A stretch of 64,000 bases of DNA from Callorhinchus milii (lineage: Eukaryota). Each line of letters opens with the position of its first letter. Positions within the stretch are counted from its first letter, which is position 1. The notes under the pieces were generated by a model. It was not told where the DNA came from. It worked only from the letters and a program-made list of their open reading frames with translations, and searched no databases. Shown here piece after piece: positions 53,200 through 64,000 of this stretch. Both the position numbers and the translations under genes were made by a program. The stretch spans positions 87,112,001 to 87,176,000 of the forward strand of contig NW_024704742.1 in assembly GCF_018977255.1 (NCBI RefSeq). Reading direction: 5' to 3'.

Positions 53200-54216
53200 G
53201 GCTGAGTTGTAGTAGTTTTGTCTCTGAATCAGAAAGTAGTGGGTTCAATCATCCTTCTACTCCAAGACAATCTTGAAGGCCAAGGACAACCCCAGGTTGC
53301 TCTTCTCCCTCACCAACCAGCTCCTCCGCCCACCCTCTCACTCCTCACCAACTCTTCCCTTCATAGGCTGCAGATCATCCAGAGCTCTGCAACCTGTCAT
53401 CTCCCGCACCAAGCTCCATGATACTATCACCTCCATCCTCGACTGACTCCACTGGTTTCCCATCACACAGAGGATACAGTTCAAGATCCTGATCTTCACC
53501 TTCAAAGCACTCCATGGCCTTGCTCCCTTCTACCTCTGCAACCTTCTAACCCCCTACCAACCTGTCCGCTCCCTCCGCTCAACAGGCTCCAGCCTGCTTC
53601 ACGTCCCCTAACTCACTTGCCTCGCCATTGGCAGCAGGGCCTTCAGCCACTCTACCCCTAACCTCTGGAACTCCATCCCACAGTCCCTCTGCCTCGCCCC
53701 CTCTGTTGCCTCCTTTAAGACCCGTCTCAAGACCCTCCTCTTCGACCGTGTCTTCGATCACCCTCCTTCCCTCCTGACCTCCACCATCCCCGATCCCGAC
53801 CCCCAGCTCGGGTCTGAAACACTGATTGTCCAGCACCTTGGGACTTCCTCCCGACATAAAAGGTGCTGTACAAATGTATTGCTGTTGTTGTTGTTCAAGG
53901 CCCACGCCGGGACTTGGAACTCACATAGTCTAACCAAGCATTCCAATGCAGTGCTGGGGTTGTGCTGCATCGGAGTGTGAGGTTAGACTATGTGAGGTGC
54001 CGTCCTTCAGATGAGACGTTAAACTGAGGTCCCATCTATCTATTCAGGCGGACGTTAAAGAACATTACTCGAAAAGAGAAGGCGGTTTCTGCCTGTATCT
54101 TGGCCAACAATCCCCCAAATAAAATTCATCGTTCACTCCATGGCTATTTGGGGGACATCGCTGTGTGCAAATTAGCTGTTAAATTTGCCGCCAGAACACA
54201 AAGTCACTGCACTTTA
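53200..54216 (+). mobile_element. Deu-domain SINE (53200-53248 plus 53893-54216) split by an L2 3' fragment (53249-53895)
   Basis: The tRNA B-box gggttcaa is interrupted, with gttcaa repeated at 53243-53248 and 53893-53898. Deu core gtgccgtccttcagatgagacgttaaactgaggtccc. The insert has LHRLQIIQSSA...FKALHGLAP and a (TTG)n tail. Confidence 0.85.
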
Positions 54217-55356
54217 CAATATAGATGTGTCAGACACCCAGCTGAACAAAAACAAATATGTAAATAGAATTCCCCTTAGTGCAAAGAGTTTAGCAAGAGC
54301 TCTGCATTCAATTTGTTTGTCCAGATGGGGAGGATGCAGCATTTTCCTGAGCACTTTACGATGTCTCTGGTCGGTGCCAAACTGTAATTGCTTGTACTCC
54401 CTTGCTGTGATATTACTGCTGCATAGGCTTGGCTTGTTTTGCTTTGCCAACATTCAGCAACTCCCACTGGACAAAACGTTTCTTGTTTCCATCGCATAGT
54501 ATCTCACTGGCAAGCTGTAGCGAGAGTAAAGGGAAAGCAGCACACAACTTTCTACACGCACCGCACGTTCGTTCCTGTTTGTCTGCAGACGTTTATCCAC
54601 ATGTAGGCAGCATGCATTTGTAAAACTCTCAATCTTTGGCTATGCTTAATGGCAACAACAACAACAACTTTCATTTATATAGCGCCCTTTACACCAGAAG
54701 GCGTTTCAGAGCTCTTAAGCATACTAATCATTTTCTGCACATCAGATACTTGGCTGACCAAAACCAAATGTGTGAATAGGATTCCCCTCACCCTCCTTAC
54801 AGGATCCTTTTCACTGTAAGAGTCATTTCACATCCATTATGTTGCTCCATTGGGCCCAAGCATTTACTGCTTCATTTAACACCCATAATCGTTTAGGAAT
54901 AGACACTTAAACTGCGATTAGCAAAACTGCTATTTGTTTTATTTTATGTGAAGCCTGAAAAGACTAACTGCTACAACTGCCACTGTTTATCTGTACGTAA
55001 CAAAGACAGATAACTTTCCTAACATTTGGTTTGGCTGATAGGCCATGGTCTAACTCTATTCAAACTCATACAGATGCTCTTAATTACATACTTAAACACC
55101 AACGAAGAGGGTTTACAGGTTACAGGTTATCACATCATACTGTAAATTACCCTGCTCACAATATAGGCTGACGCTCCAATGCAATGCTGGTGGAGCTCTG
55201 TTCCTCAGATGAGACATTAAATTCAGGTCTCATCTGCCTGTTCTAGTGAATGTTAAAATACAATAGCAATAACTTGCATTTATATACGTGCCCCTCATGT
55301 ATCTTAAAGTGCACACAGTTGGATGGCGAGCAATATAGAAGAGGCAGTCGAAGAGG

Positions 55357-55719
55357 TAATAATAATAATCCTTGTATTTCATATAGCGCTTTTCATGTCT
55401 TCAAGACGTCTCAAAGCTCTTCACAGAATATACTGTAAAGTGAATTGACTGCATATCTGTGGGCGAAACGTGTCAGACAATTGCGCACAGCAGTGTCCCA
55501 CAAACAGTCATGGATTGAAGTGACCAACTTTTTTAAAAGGAATTATTACCCCCAGAAAAGCGATCCGCCAATCGATTAATAACCGGGTTCCTACTTACTG
55601 CTAGGTAAACAGAGGCGTGTGGAGTAAGGAAACTTGCCCAACATTTCGCCCTGACGGGAATCAAACCCAGGTCTCTCGCTTGCGAGGCGAGTGCTCTAAC
55701 CATTGAGCAACAGGACTCC
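55357..55719 (-). mobile_element. Young tRNA-derived SINE, full-length long form
   Basis: Collinear with 7362-7733. Confidence 0.9.
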
Positions 55720-55988
55720 ACACAGGTGTACGTTTAAAATGAAATTAAAAAGTAAACCCAGAACAATACTTTAGGATGTACAGTAGAATAAGAAGACACA
55801 GATTTAAAGTTTTTCTTTACTGGGAGGGTAATTAATGACTGGGACAGGTTGTCAGGAAGAGTGGTTGAGGCCAGGCCACTGAATTCATTTAAAAAACAAG
55901 TTGATGCAGTGCTTGGGGGACAGTAGGGTGGGTGTTCTGGAAGGAGGAGATTAGATGGGTTGGAAGTAGGTCTTAAGGTGGAATTTAA

Positions 55989-56255
55989 ACAACAACAACA
56001 AGATTCCATTTATAGAGCGCCTTTCACGTTGGGAGGACGTCCCAAGGCGCTGGACAGTTGGGTCAGGACCCGAGCAGGAGGGAAGTGGTCAGGGTGAGGG
56101 GAGGGAAGGGAGGGAGCGAGGAGGGGGTAGAGAGTCGAGAGGGGAGCTGAAGGCACGGTCAAAGAGAAAGGTCTTGAGACCGGCCTTGAAGGAGGAAAGG
56201 GAGGAAGCAAAGCGAAGGCACTGGGGGATGGAGTTCCAGAGCCTAGGGGCTGAGA
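55989..56255 (-). mobile_element. Young L2 3' end (same family as 14967-17190)
   Basis: Nearly identical to 16920-17190 in reverse. Confidence 0.92.
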
Positions 56256-56589
56256 TAGGTAGGTAAAGATAGGTAGAGGTGTTAACGAAGGGTTTGAGAC
56301 AGGGAGTGCCAGAGATTAGGGGCCTTGTGGCTGAAGGTGGCACAGAGCGGTCGGAGATCACATGGCCGCCCATTGTCTTGTCCACAGCTATAGCCGCTGA
56401 ATGTCAGAGTAAGGGATGATACGGAGAGGGTGACTCGGACCAAAAAATCTCCCTCAAACCAAGCTCCATAATAATAATACTTTCATTTTCTAGAGTGCCT
56501 TTTACATCTGGGAAACTTCTCAAAGCACTTCTGAGAGTTTTCTGTAAAGTGTAATGCCGGTCAGTGTACTTCGTTGGTGATATTTTGTG

Positions 56590-56800
56590 GCTAGCAACGC
56601 TGGGGGTCAAACTAGCAAACAGCCAAACGAACTGGCGCATTAATGCAGGAATGTGTCAGAAATGAATCATCACCAACATTATGACACCCTGAAGGATAAA
56701 AGACCACAACGGAAATAGCAACAGCAGCAGCTTGCTGATTCTGGTCAAGCGCTGTGGGAGTGTGGAAAGTGCAGAAGGATCTGTCTGTCACAATTCACTT
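56590..56800 (+). mobile_element. Possible RTE-clade LINE C-terminal remnant
   Basis: LANSQTNWR followed after frameshifts by WECGKCRRICLSQ, resembling the RTE terminal CxxCxRxCxS motif; very degenerate. Confidence 0.4.
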
Positions 56801-56959
56801 TTTACATGACAAGCCTGTCACTGGGGGCAACTAGCAATGTACCGGCAGCTATACTGGCTCTCGATAAGCAAATCCTGACTCAAGAGTTGGAACTCCAGTT
56901 GTCTCTGTTTTACAGAGATCTGACACCATATTGACACATTGGACGCTAGTCCTGGGGAC

Positions 56960-57855
56960 GACCTCCCTGACACCCCCAGAAACTCATCACCATGCTTAAG
57001 GTACCTTGCAGAGTATCCAACCAAACAGAGTTCCCATCTACACAAGGAAATTCCCGTGTTTTGGAATGAAATGCGGACTCCCTCCCTGGAGAGCCACTTC
57101 CTGCTCACCTAATTCCAGAGAGTATAAAGTACTTTAAAGGTTGGCAAGAGCTAAAGCTTGGGGACCTCAGAGCATGCATTGGGGTACTGATCCTCACCCT
57201 TGTATTCAAATCCCTCCATTCCTCTGCACCCCGCTACCTATCTGACCTCCTCAAAACAGTACCCGTTGTCTTCGTTCCTCCGGGTCTGGCCTCCTCCCCC
57301 AAGCCCTCCGCTCCACCCTCGGCGGCCGTGCCTTCAGCCACTATGCCCCTAGATTCTGGAATTTCCTTCCTCACTCCCTTCACCTCACCCTCTCTCTTCC
57401 TATTTTCAGCTCTCTGCTAAAGACCTTTCTTTTTGACCGCGCCTTTGGTCACTTTCCTCCCCCCACCCCGGCTCCGCCCCGGGATCCGTTACTGTGAAGC
57501 ACTCTGAGACGCCGTCCGGCGTGGAGGGCGCTATATAAATCCAAGTTGTTGTTGTTGCTGCTGGAGTCTAACCAGCTAAAATCACACAGCTTGCATTGAG
57601 AGCACTGCCTGTCCTGTTAACTCTGCAAGCCATAGCCGTAATTGGTAGCCTAGCTTAATTGGTACTTTCCTGCTGCTTTTTGAGCTAGGCTACCCGTTAG
57701 GGCTTTGGCTTGCAGAGTTAACAGGAGCTGAGTGGGAAGAATCCCTGGCCCCAATGACTGGTCTGCCCCTTCAAGTCCTACCAATGAGCCAGGCCGGCTG
57801 TGCTGTCATCAGCAGTGCCCTGTAGAACCGCGGATCCCCCTGGCTCAGGAACCAA
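56960..57855 (-). repeat. Long family X copy, split by an L2 3' fragment (57190-57558, + strand)
   Basis: ggggtactg|...|ctggagtctaaccagctaaaa rejoins to the family consensus once the L2 is removed. Confidence 0.82.
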
Positions 57856-59658
57856 CATTCTTACTCATGTCAGCTGCTTAATCCAGGTCCTCAAGTGAGG
57901 GGCGGCTTGCCTGCTGTGAAGCCATCTCCGCCAGCAGGACACTCAGCAATAGGTCAGTGTAGACTGGAGCCCTTGCTCTCTGCAGTCGCTTCTCCTGTTT
58001 ACCACATATCCACTTCATTGATGTTGGACTTTACAAATGGGTCAGATGATGCCCCTCCACTGTCTTCATCGCAATGATATCAAGAGCGTCATTTCACCCC
58101 TCCCCCCAAACCACAACCTTAAGAACAATTTGGGTCGACCACACAGTCACGACTAAAGCAAAATAAATCAAATCAATGCTGAACATGAAAGACAGAACAC
58201 ACGAACCGTTAATGCCATCCCAGGAACAATTATTTTTTCTCCCTTAAAAACATGTAACAGTCAAGTCAGGTTTACAATCTCCAGGGACAGTGTCATAAAG
58301 CAAGGACGATCAAACCATTTTTGCCTTTGTTACTTATACATTGTGATAGAATGTAAACAACGAAGACAATTGACTGCACATAGGCACGCTTTCTCCTTTC
58401 TCTTTGAAAGGAAGTCATTGAAAAATTAAAGTTAAAATGTCATTGGAAGCGTCAGCTTTTTTGGGGGGAGAGAGTCACACATATACCGAGCGTTTATTTT
58501 TTGTGCAGTATCTTTTTGGATTAGCAGAATATAAATTCACTGGCCCTGCAGTGAACCCAACACTGCAGCAAACTTCTCCAACTCTTGTTGATTCTGGATC
58601 GGCCAAAAGCAGATGTTTCCTCTCAGCTTTCCTAACAGCTCCCATGGCGTGTGTTTGATACCACTTCAATAATCAAGCAGCCTTCACACCGTGACATGTT
58701 CTGCTTCACTGAGTCAATGTAACTCCACAATATAATTTTTTGTTATTTTACGCTCAGTACCAGACAAACTTAGATACCAGCGTCACTGGAAGATCTGTTC
58801 ATTTAGTTCAATTCTTTTTAGCGAAAAATGAATTCACAAACGAGTCACAAGTGACCACCCTGCACCCCTCCACCCCCACCCTTACTAAGCATCTTCCACC
58901 TTTAGTTGGCTATTCTTGAATGGATGTGTTGCTATGATTTTTTTAAAAAAAGTTTAGTGCGTACAATAACTTTCCTAATTTTCACTAGTAAATGCCTCTG
59001 TGGTCCTGATCCCCAGCCTCCTCTTGTTGGGGTGCAGTTCCATGGGCACTGGTTACCTTCCAGTTACTGTGCCCAAGTGACTCTTGTTCATGTGTGAGCC
59101 TTGGCAATGAGTGTTAGCAGGTCACTCGATTGTCGAAGGATTTACAGCCTGGATTTACTGTAGACTTGATGAACTGAATTGCCTCCTTCTGCACTGCAGA
59201 TTTCTGTGTTTCTAGTGTTTCATTCAGAGAATATATTGAAAATATAGTAATAATAATCCTTACATTTGATACAGCACCTATTCATGTTGTCAAGACGTCT
59301 CAAAACGCTTCACAGAATATACTGTAAAGTGATTTGACTGTATTTTGTGGGCGAAGTACACTAGTTGTTGAGATGGCAATTCAAAAATAATACCTGGATA
59401 AATGTAATCTGAGGCATATGTGAGGCTGCTCATGTAAAGCATGAGTAACAAAGTTATCAGTGAGTTATGATCAACTTCACAAGCGGAGGTACAGTCTTCA
59501 TTTTGTGCCACTAGTATAAAAGAAATACAATTCTTACATTAAGCTTGCCAGACAGTACCTCAATAGCAAGCTATCCAGTTTTAGGTGGTTACACTCTAAC
59601 AGTACCGTAACACACACTCTGTGTCCCCAAGCCTTGGATCTTGCCAACCTGTGTCAGC

Positions 59659-60000
59659 CTGGCACAGTTGGTAGCACTCTCGCCTTTAACTCAAAAGGTT
59701 CTGGGTTCAAGCCTCACATCGGTACTTTGAACGCATAAAATCTAAGATGAAACTCCAATGCTGTGGTGAGAGGAGTACTGCATTGTCCTAAATGAAGTTC
59801 TCCAAATAAGGTATTAAATCAAAATCCCATCTGCCTGTTCAGATGGATATTAAAAGATCTGTGATACTATTTGCAAAAAGATAGGATTTTTTTCTCGATA
59901 ATCCTGGCCAGAAATCCTCTAAAATAAATTGGTCAATCACCTGCTGGGTGTTTGTGGGACACTGGGAAATTAGCTGCTGTGTTCACTGATAAATACACGG
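59659..60000 (+). mobile_element. Old near-full-length Deu-domain SINE with tRNA head (preceded by a family X fragment at about 59540-59650)
   Basis: ggcacagttggtagcactctcgcc...ctgggttcaagcc head followed by a degenerate Deu domain. Confidence 0.7.
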
Positions 60001-61439
60001 TTCTCGTTGTAAGGCAAGGAAGGTTTGCAAGTAAGGAAGTGTCCACTGGACCATCAAAGACTTGGATGCATGCCTACCATTAAACCGTTCAGGATGAGGA
60101 CACATAGCAGTAATCAATGTGCTTTGAGATGTTTAAACATTATAGTGCCATATCAAATTCAAGGATTATTATTATTATGAGATTACACATCTTGTGCAAA
60201 TGACACACATTACAGCACAGACAGCGGTCATTCAACCCATCGAGCCTTTGTTAGAGCTTGCTCCTCCAAATCATTTTGTAGGCAATCAAATCAAATAAAC
60301 ATAAGGTTAAAAATAAAGATTAAATAGTTTTTGTAATTAAAATGGTTGGAGATAAATGCAAACCAGTCCTTAATTTCACAAAACTGATCAGTTTGTCTTT
60401 GACTGCTGCAGAGTAAGGCAGTTTCAAGGCAAAATGGTCTGATCCCAGGAAAGTATCCTTTTAACAACTCTCTTAATTATAGAAATTCTGCACTAGCTTT
60501 TATGACAAGTTGCTTCACTTATTTTCTCTGGATATCATGTTCAATCACAATACAGTGCAAATCTGCCATGAGTGGGGAAAAAAAGTTCTATCCTTGACTT
60601 TTTATAAATTTTTGTTCAGTTCAAATACGCCTCTAAGCCTGGGTTTCAAGGCGATCCTGATTATTTTAACATTAATCATTTTTTCTTCTGTCCAGTTAAT
60701 AATAACCAGTTGTGTTGTCTTCTTAGACGCCTCCAAACAGCAAAAAGCCATTTCAGCATGTGGCAGGCTGCCATCACAGGAAATAAGACCAGCACAATTA
60801 CACCAAAACTGCACTGGAGAATCAGTGGGAATCAGTCAGGCCCTGTGGAGCTGTGCTTTACTAACTAATGCTTCATAAATTGCCGTACGCCTGGGTTTGT
60901 GTGCTCTTTTCCCTTTTAATGGGGGAGCCAGAGCCTCTTCCAATCTTTTTAAGTCAATATGTGACAGAAGAAATGGCTAGTTTCCCAGAGAGCCTTTCTT
61001 TCCCTGCTTTGAAAATGGGAATTTTGTCCCAATTTTTAACTTCAGTGCCCCTTTCTATTTTACTCATGGAAAAGTTGCTGTAAATACACATGTTGAGGAA
61101 GCTTAGCTTTTAATACAGGCTGCATACAGATATTGAATCATTTCCTAAGGTGCTGCCAGCATTCATCCATTTAGAGGCATGTGCAAGAACACAATATATT
61201 TCAGGCAAAAGTAATTAATAGACAAACACACACATATTTAAAATGTAGCAGCAATACTTGGGTAGTGAAATGATCCAGGTGTTGCAGTTTGACTAAATAA
61301 ATACAGAACTTCAGAAACACTAACTAAATTCAACAACAGGCAGTAAAGCAATACAATACTTTACATCTGTGTATAAAGCACACAGATGTAAAAATGACAA
61401 TATACCAAATATTCCCATTTATATCCGAGTAAAAACACT

Positions 61440-62715
61440 CAACAACAACAACATCATGGATTTATATAGCGCCCTCCATGCCAGACAGCGTCTCAGAGTG
61501 CTTTACAGTAACGGATCCTGGGGCCGAGCCAGGTTTTCAGAGAGAGGTATTGGCGGAGATGGGCGATGCGTCGAAGGTGGAAGAAGGCGGTGCTGGTGAA
61601 GGACCGGATATGGGGTAGGAAGGATAATTGGGGATCGAACCTAACGCCTAGGTTGCGTACTGGTTCGGAGAGTTTTAGGGGGAGGTCGGGTAGGTGGAGG
61701 AGGTGAGAGCCATGAGATTTTAGACGTTGACAGGAGACAAAGAGTATGGCTTCCGTCTTGTCAACGTTCAGCTGAAGGAAATTTGCGCTCATCCAGCCCC
61801 TGAGATCTGACAGGCAGGCTGACAGAACATCAGGGGACTGGGGGTCGCAAAGAGAGGTGGAAAAATAGAGCTGGGTGTCGTCCGCGTACGTGTGGAAATG
61901 TACCCCATGCCTGCGGATGACATCCCCAAGAGGGAGCATGTAGATCAGAAAGAGGAGGGGCCAAGGATGGATCCTTGGGGTACCCCGCAGGTAACTGGGT
62001 GAGAGCGGGAGGAGAAGCCGTTTGTGCAGATGTACTGCTGGCGGTTTGTGAGGTAGGACTCGAACCAGGCGAGTGCGGTCCCACTGAGATAGATGACGGA
62101 GGAAAGGCGGTGGAAGAGGATGGCGTGATCAACTGTGTTGAATGCAGCGGAGAGGTCCAGGAGAACAAGGAGGCAGAGGGAGCCCTGGTCACAGATAGAG
62201 AGGATGTCGTTTGTGACTTTCACAAGCGCAGTCTATGTACTGTGGGCAGGGCGGAAACCGGACTGGAGGGGTTCGAAGAGGGAGTGGGAGGAGAGGTCTG
62301 TGCGAAGTTGATTGCCAACAATGTGTTCTAGGACTTTTGCGAGGAAGGGCAAGTTGGAAATGGGGCGGTAGTGGCTGGGGTTTGAGGGATCTAGGGAAGA
62401 TTTTTAAGGAGGCGGGTGATGACAGCAGTTTTGAGGGGGGCAGGGTGTGATCCAGAGGAGAGGGACTGATTGATGATGTCAGCCAGTCGTGGGCAGAGGA
62501 GGGGGAGCTGGGTGACCAGCAAGGTGGTGGGGAGGAGATCGAGGCAGCAGGTGGTGGGTTTCATGGAGGTGATGGTGGGTGAGAGGGAGGAGGGAAAGAT
62601 AGGGAGAAAGTAATGTAGGTTGGGGGTGGTGGTAGGAGCAGATGATGGGGAGGGTGAGGGGGACAGAGAGGGAGTGGTGGTGGGTGACAGGAGGCAGGTG
62701 GATGAGGATGATAAC
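61440..62715 (-). mobile_element. L2 LINE RT region fused to its 3' tail by an internal deletion
   Basis: [56 protein letters not shown]; the sequence jumps from RQYLSLKT to the 3' UTR near 61530. Confidence 0.92.
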
Positions 62716-62842
62716 AAAAACTCAAGTTTTTGTTAAACAAGAAAGCAGCCGGTCGGTTTCTTAATCATTACGTCAATCAGTCTAGATGTGATCCACCTGC
62801 CCTCACACACACATAAACATATACACATCACTGCTGCTCTTA

Positions 62843-63130
<288 letters not shown>

Positions 63131-63722
63131 TTATAATAATACTAGCTGTACCTGTTGCAGTTACGCTTGAAACCAAAGGATCCAATATGGAATGTAGATT
63201 GACACAGACAGACACACAGACAAACATTTCATCTTTATCTACACTCATCTGGGAAGACTCATGTGGGAGGACTCCGTTTGGGAGGACTCAGTGGGAGGGC
63301 TCGGCGTTTTAAAAATGTAATTTTGTTGTTGTTGCTGTGGCTTAGCTTCATCTGTGCTCTTTATTCTGTTCCCGCCACTTGGTTACGTGCGTGATCTGTG
63401 ACGCAGGATGCCACAGCGCCACGGTCAGCCAGCATAGCCACCAGATGTAACTGCAGTATGCGCGTACTTACATAGGTGCTCTGTGACATGTGATGCCACA
63501 GTGCCACTTTGACTTGGCAGCCACCAGGTGTAACTGCAGCAAAAAACGCAAAACTGAAAATATCTCATGAGCGATATGAGATATCCCAAAAATAAATATG
63601 CCCATGTCACTCGCAACTGCAAGACCTTTCTGATGAGGTATGAATCATGTCACTATGTCAATTAGATATAGAGATCCTTCTTGAAGTGCAGACATACATT
63701 ACCGTTTTGTTAGCATAGAAGA

Positions 63723-63960
63723 TTAATCCTTGCATTTGATATGACGGCTTATCACATTATCGAGATGTCTCAAAGCACTTCATAGAATATAATGTAAAGT
63801 GAATTGACTGTATATTTTGGGGGCGAAACACGGCAGCCAATCGCGTACAGTAGTGTCCCACAAACAGTTGTGGATTGAGCGTCCAAATTTAATGACTTAA
63901 ATTTTTCTAAGGGATTATGACCCCCAGAAAATGATCCACTAATCGACTAACAACCACTAA
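63723..63960 (-). mobile_element. tRNA-derived SINE 3' two-thirds
   Basis: Same body and tail as 55357-55600. Confidence 0.75.
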
Positions 63961-64000
63961 TAGTGGGTGATTTTAATCTTCATATAGATTGGGAAACTAA

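Overview
Repeat-rich vertebrate genomic DNA, most likely from a cartilaginous fish (inferred from the L2/CR1/Penelope/Deu-SINE repertoire and the protein sequence). The only host protein-coding sequence I can support is three minus-strand exons of a phosphoglucomutase-family gene that best matches PGM5 (aciculin). They are 63085-62931 (155 bp), 33133-33018 (116 bp) and 18106-17971 (136 bp), with canonical GT-AG ends, compatible phases and sizes matching exons 6, 7 and 8 of vertebrate PGM1/PGM5. Everything else is intronic and dominated by retroelements: young and old L2 LINEs, CR1 LINEs, a young tRNA-derived SINE in long and internally deleted forms, older Deu-domain SINEs, Penelope-like fragments carrying minimal hammerhead ribozymes, and an unclassified hairpin-rich repeat family. 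Bases 1-13816 are a near-identical copy of 18491-32337 and end at a 30-N gap, which is most likely a false (haplotype/contig-overlap) duplication. Most ORFs in the track are spurious or LINE debris. I found no convincing new multi-gene system. The best leads are the Asp-to-Glu change in the PGM metal-binding loop, an inverted double-MEF2 hairpin in the intron, the unclassified structured repeat, the hammerhead motifs and the covarying LINE/SINE 3' stem-loop. Repeat boundaries were read by eye and are approximate.
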